DNA of 47,206 nucleotides, the filler included, from Sphacelaria rigidula (taxonomy: Eukaryota), in NCBI GenBank assembly GCA_964200075.2. It is 2 parts of 2 records of this genome, joined end to end, with 100 filler letters (N's around TTAATTAATTAA, not from the genome) between each part and the next. Parts side by side here need not be neighbours in the genome. Positions count along the whole stretch, not along the records: positions 23,672 to 47,206 come from CAXNAA020000258.1; 1 more part is not named here. One strand, written 5' to 3'. The translations under genes and the position numbers were made by a program. The notes under the pieces are model-generated. The model saw only the letters and a program-made list of their open reading frames with translations. It was not told where the DNA came from and did not search any database. Shown here piece after piece: positions 46,767-47,206 of this stretch (the stretch's first letter is position 1; each line of letters begins with the position of its first letter).

Positions 46767-47097
46767 CGTCGGTTCCCCCCCCCCCCCCCCTCCCCCTTTT
46801 TGTTGTTTNNNNNNNNNNAATGGAGCGGACAAGGTGGTGTGCTTTTCTATGTTTGCTGCCCCGCCCCGCCTGGGAAAATCCTGGCCCCCTCCTTTCCCCC
46901 CCCCCCCCCCTACCCTCCTCTTCGTGGGAACCCGCTTGTTCTGGGTATGTCCCCTCCGCGTGTTCCCATGTTGTGTAACTGTTGTCATTTTTCAGAACAA
47001 GTACAAGACGTCGGTGAAGAAGAAGGCGGAGCGACAAATTCGAGCGGTGAAGCCGTCTGCGACTGAGGAGGAACTTACAGCAGTCTTCGAGCAAGAG
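39377..47097 (+). CDS. Syntaxin (Qa-SNARE, syntaxin-1/SYP1-like); first 4 exons, gene continues beyond the window
   Basis: Exons 39377-39565, 45165-45265, 46069-46246 and 46996-47097 join in frame. They encode the N-peptide MNDRL, Ha FMEGFFDKVNLVKKDI, Hb and Hc EVRVRENLQNTLTRKFVDLAKDYQNRQNKYK, and the linker RQIRAVKPSATEEEL. The SNARE and TM domains lie outside the window. Confidence 0.9.
40556..40971. repeat. Long imperfect inverted repeat (~160-bp arms, ~95-bp spacer), MITE/foldback-like
   Basis: TTTCAGGACACCTTTGCGTTTTCCGGTGGCCGCAGTTT...TTTGCCAAA (ends 40716) pairs with TTTGGCAAA...ACTGCGCCCACCGGAAAGCGCCAAGGTGTCCTGAAA (starts 40811). Similarity continues outward to 40556 and 40971. Confidence 0.75.
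41450..41478. repeat. Short interstitial telomere-like (CCCTAA/CCCCAA)n tract
   Basis: CCCCAA CCCTAA CCCTAA CCCCAA CCCAA, seen directly. Confidence 0.6.
42342..42398 (+). mobile_element. Retroposon 3' tail with an (AAT)n end
   Basis: TGACCACGGGTTCGAGAGATCCGACTAGTGTGCGGA matches 14648-14684. Confidence 0.6.
42975..43089. mobile_element. piggyBac-type MITE (107 bp, 42979-43085) with TTAA target-site duplication
   Basis: TTAA|CCCTTCGGGAAC...GTTCCAAAAGGG|TTAA. The whole element is an imperfect palindrome with inner arms GGCATCATTTT and AAAATGATGCC. Confidence 0.8.
43829..44892. mobile_element. Possible non-autonomous TIR element (~1.06 kb) flanked by TA
   Basis: The left end TA|CCCCCAGGATAGTCAGTAGCACGAC resembles the reverse complement of the right end, TA|CCCCCCGGAACTGCATACGTACGAC. 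The TIRs are degenerate. Confidence 0.35.
45165..45265 (+). CDS. Syntaxin exon 2
   Basis: Pyrimidine tract with a CAG acceptor, and AG|GTAAG donor. Confidence 0.82.
46069..46246 (+). CDS. Syntaxin exon 3
   Basis: TAG acceptor and non-canonical CAG|GCAAGA donor. Confidence 0.85.
46996..47097 (+). CDS. Syntaxin exon 4
   Basis: TTTTTCAG acceptor and GAG|GTGAGG donor. Confidence 0.88.
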
Positions 47098-47151
47098 GTG
47101 AGGTGTAATATGTTGCGTCTAAACTTATAAAAAACGTCGTGTTGTAGGTCT

Positions 47152-47206
47152 TGGGCGAGGGGGGGGGTGTACTCATGATCATGCTTGCCATAGTCATCAG
47201 ACCATT
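47152..47206. repeat. Start of another ~173-bp repeat unit, cut by the window edge
   Basis: GGGGTGTACTCATGATCATGCTTGCCATAGTCATCAGACCATT compared with GGGGTGTACTCTATGACCTTGCATGCCATGATCATAAAACCATT at 8137-8179. Confidence 0.7.

Noticed and set aside
46642..46920. Apparent tandem duplication (~80 bp plus poly-C) around a 10-N gap (46809-46818), and the poly-Pro/poly-Gly ORFs
   Set aside because: Two degraded versions of the same sequence flank a gap and long C homopolymers. This is most likely low-quality read ends, and it lies within a syntaxin intron.

Overview
This is eukaryotic, intron-rich nuclear DNA of roughly balanced GC content. By inference it comes from a photosynthetic stramenopile, probably a brown alga. 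It is not prokaryotic, and most ORFs in the supplied track are noise. An artificial 100-bp spacer (N44-TTAATTAATTAA-N44, 23572-23671) joins two contigs. Left of the spacer are a foldback repeat, a decayed RTE-type LINE (APE plus RT) and eight phase-consistent exons (7953-20651) encoding the N-terminal ~400 aa of a nuclear-encoded, cyanobacterial/plastid-type SecA. The SecA targeting exon and C-terminal half are not visible. Right of the spacer are a second decayed LINE RT, a multi-exon IQ-motif gene (+, ~26144-30243), a tRNA-derived SINE, a multi-exon coiled-coil gene (-, ~31347-38703) and the first four exons of a divergently oriented Qa-SNARE syntaxin (39377 to the window end). Two non-canonical GC-AG introns are required, one in SecA and one in syntaxin. 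The long introns carry MITEs, SINE tails sharing a GACCACGG...GTGYG 3' signature, and a ~173-bp dispersed/tandem repeat with conserved stems. I found no clear-cut novel multi-gene system. The best leads are the divergent nuclear SecA, the ~173-bp repeat family, the shared retroposon 3' motif and the two orphan genes. All gene models were built by eye and have not been checked against transcripts.
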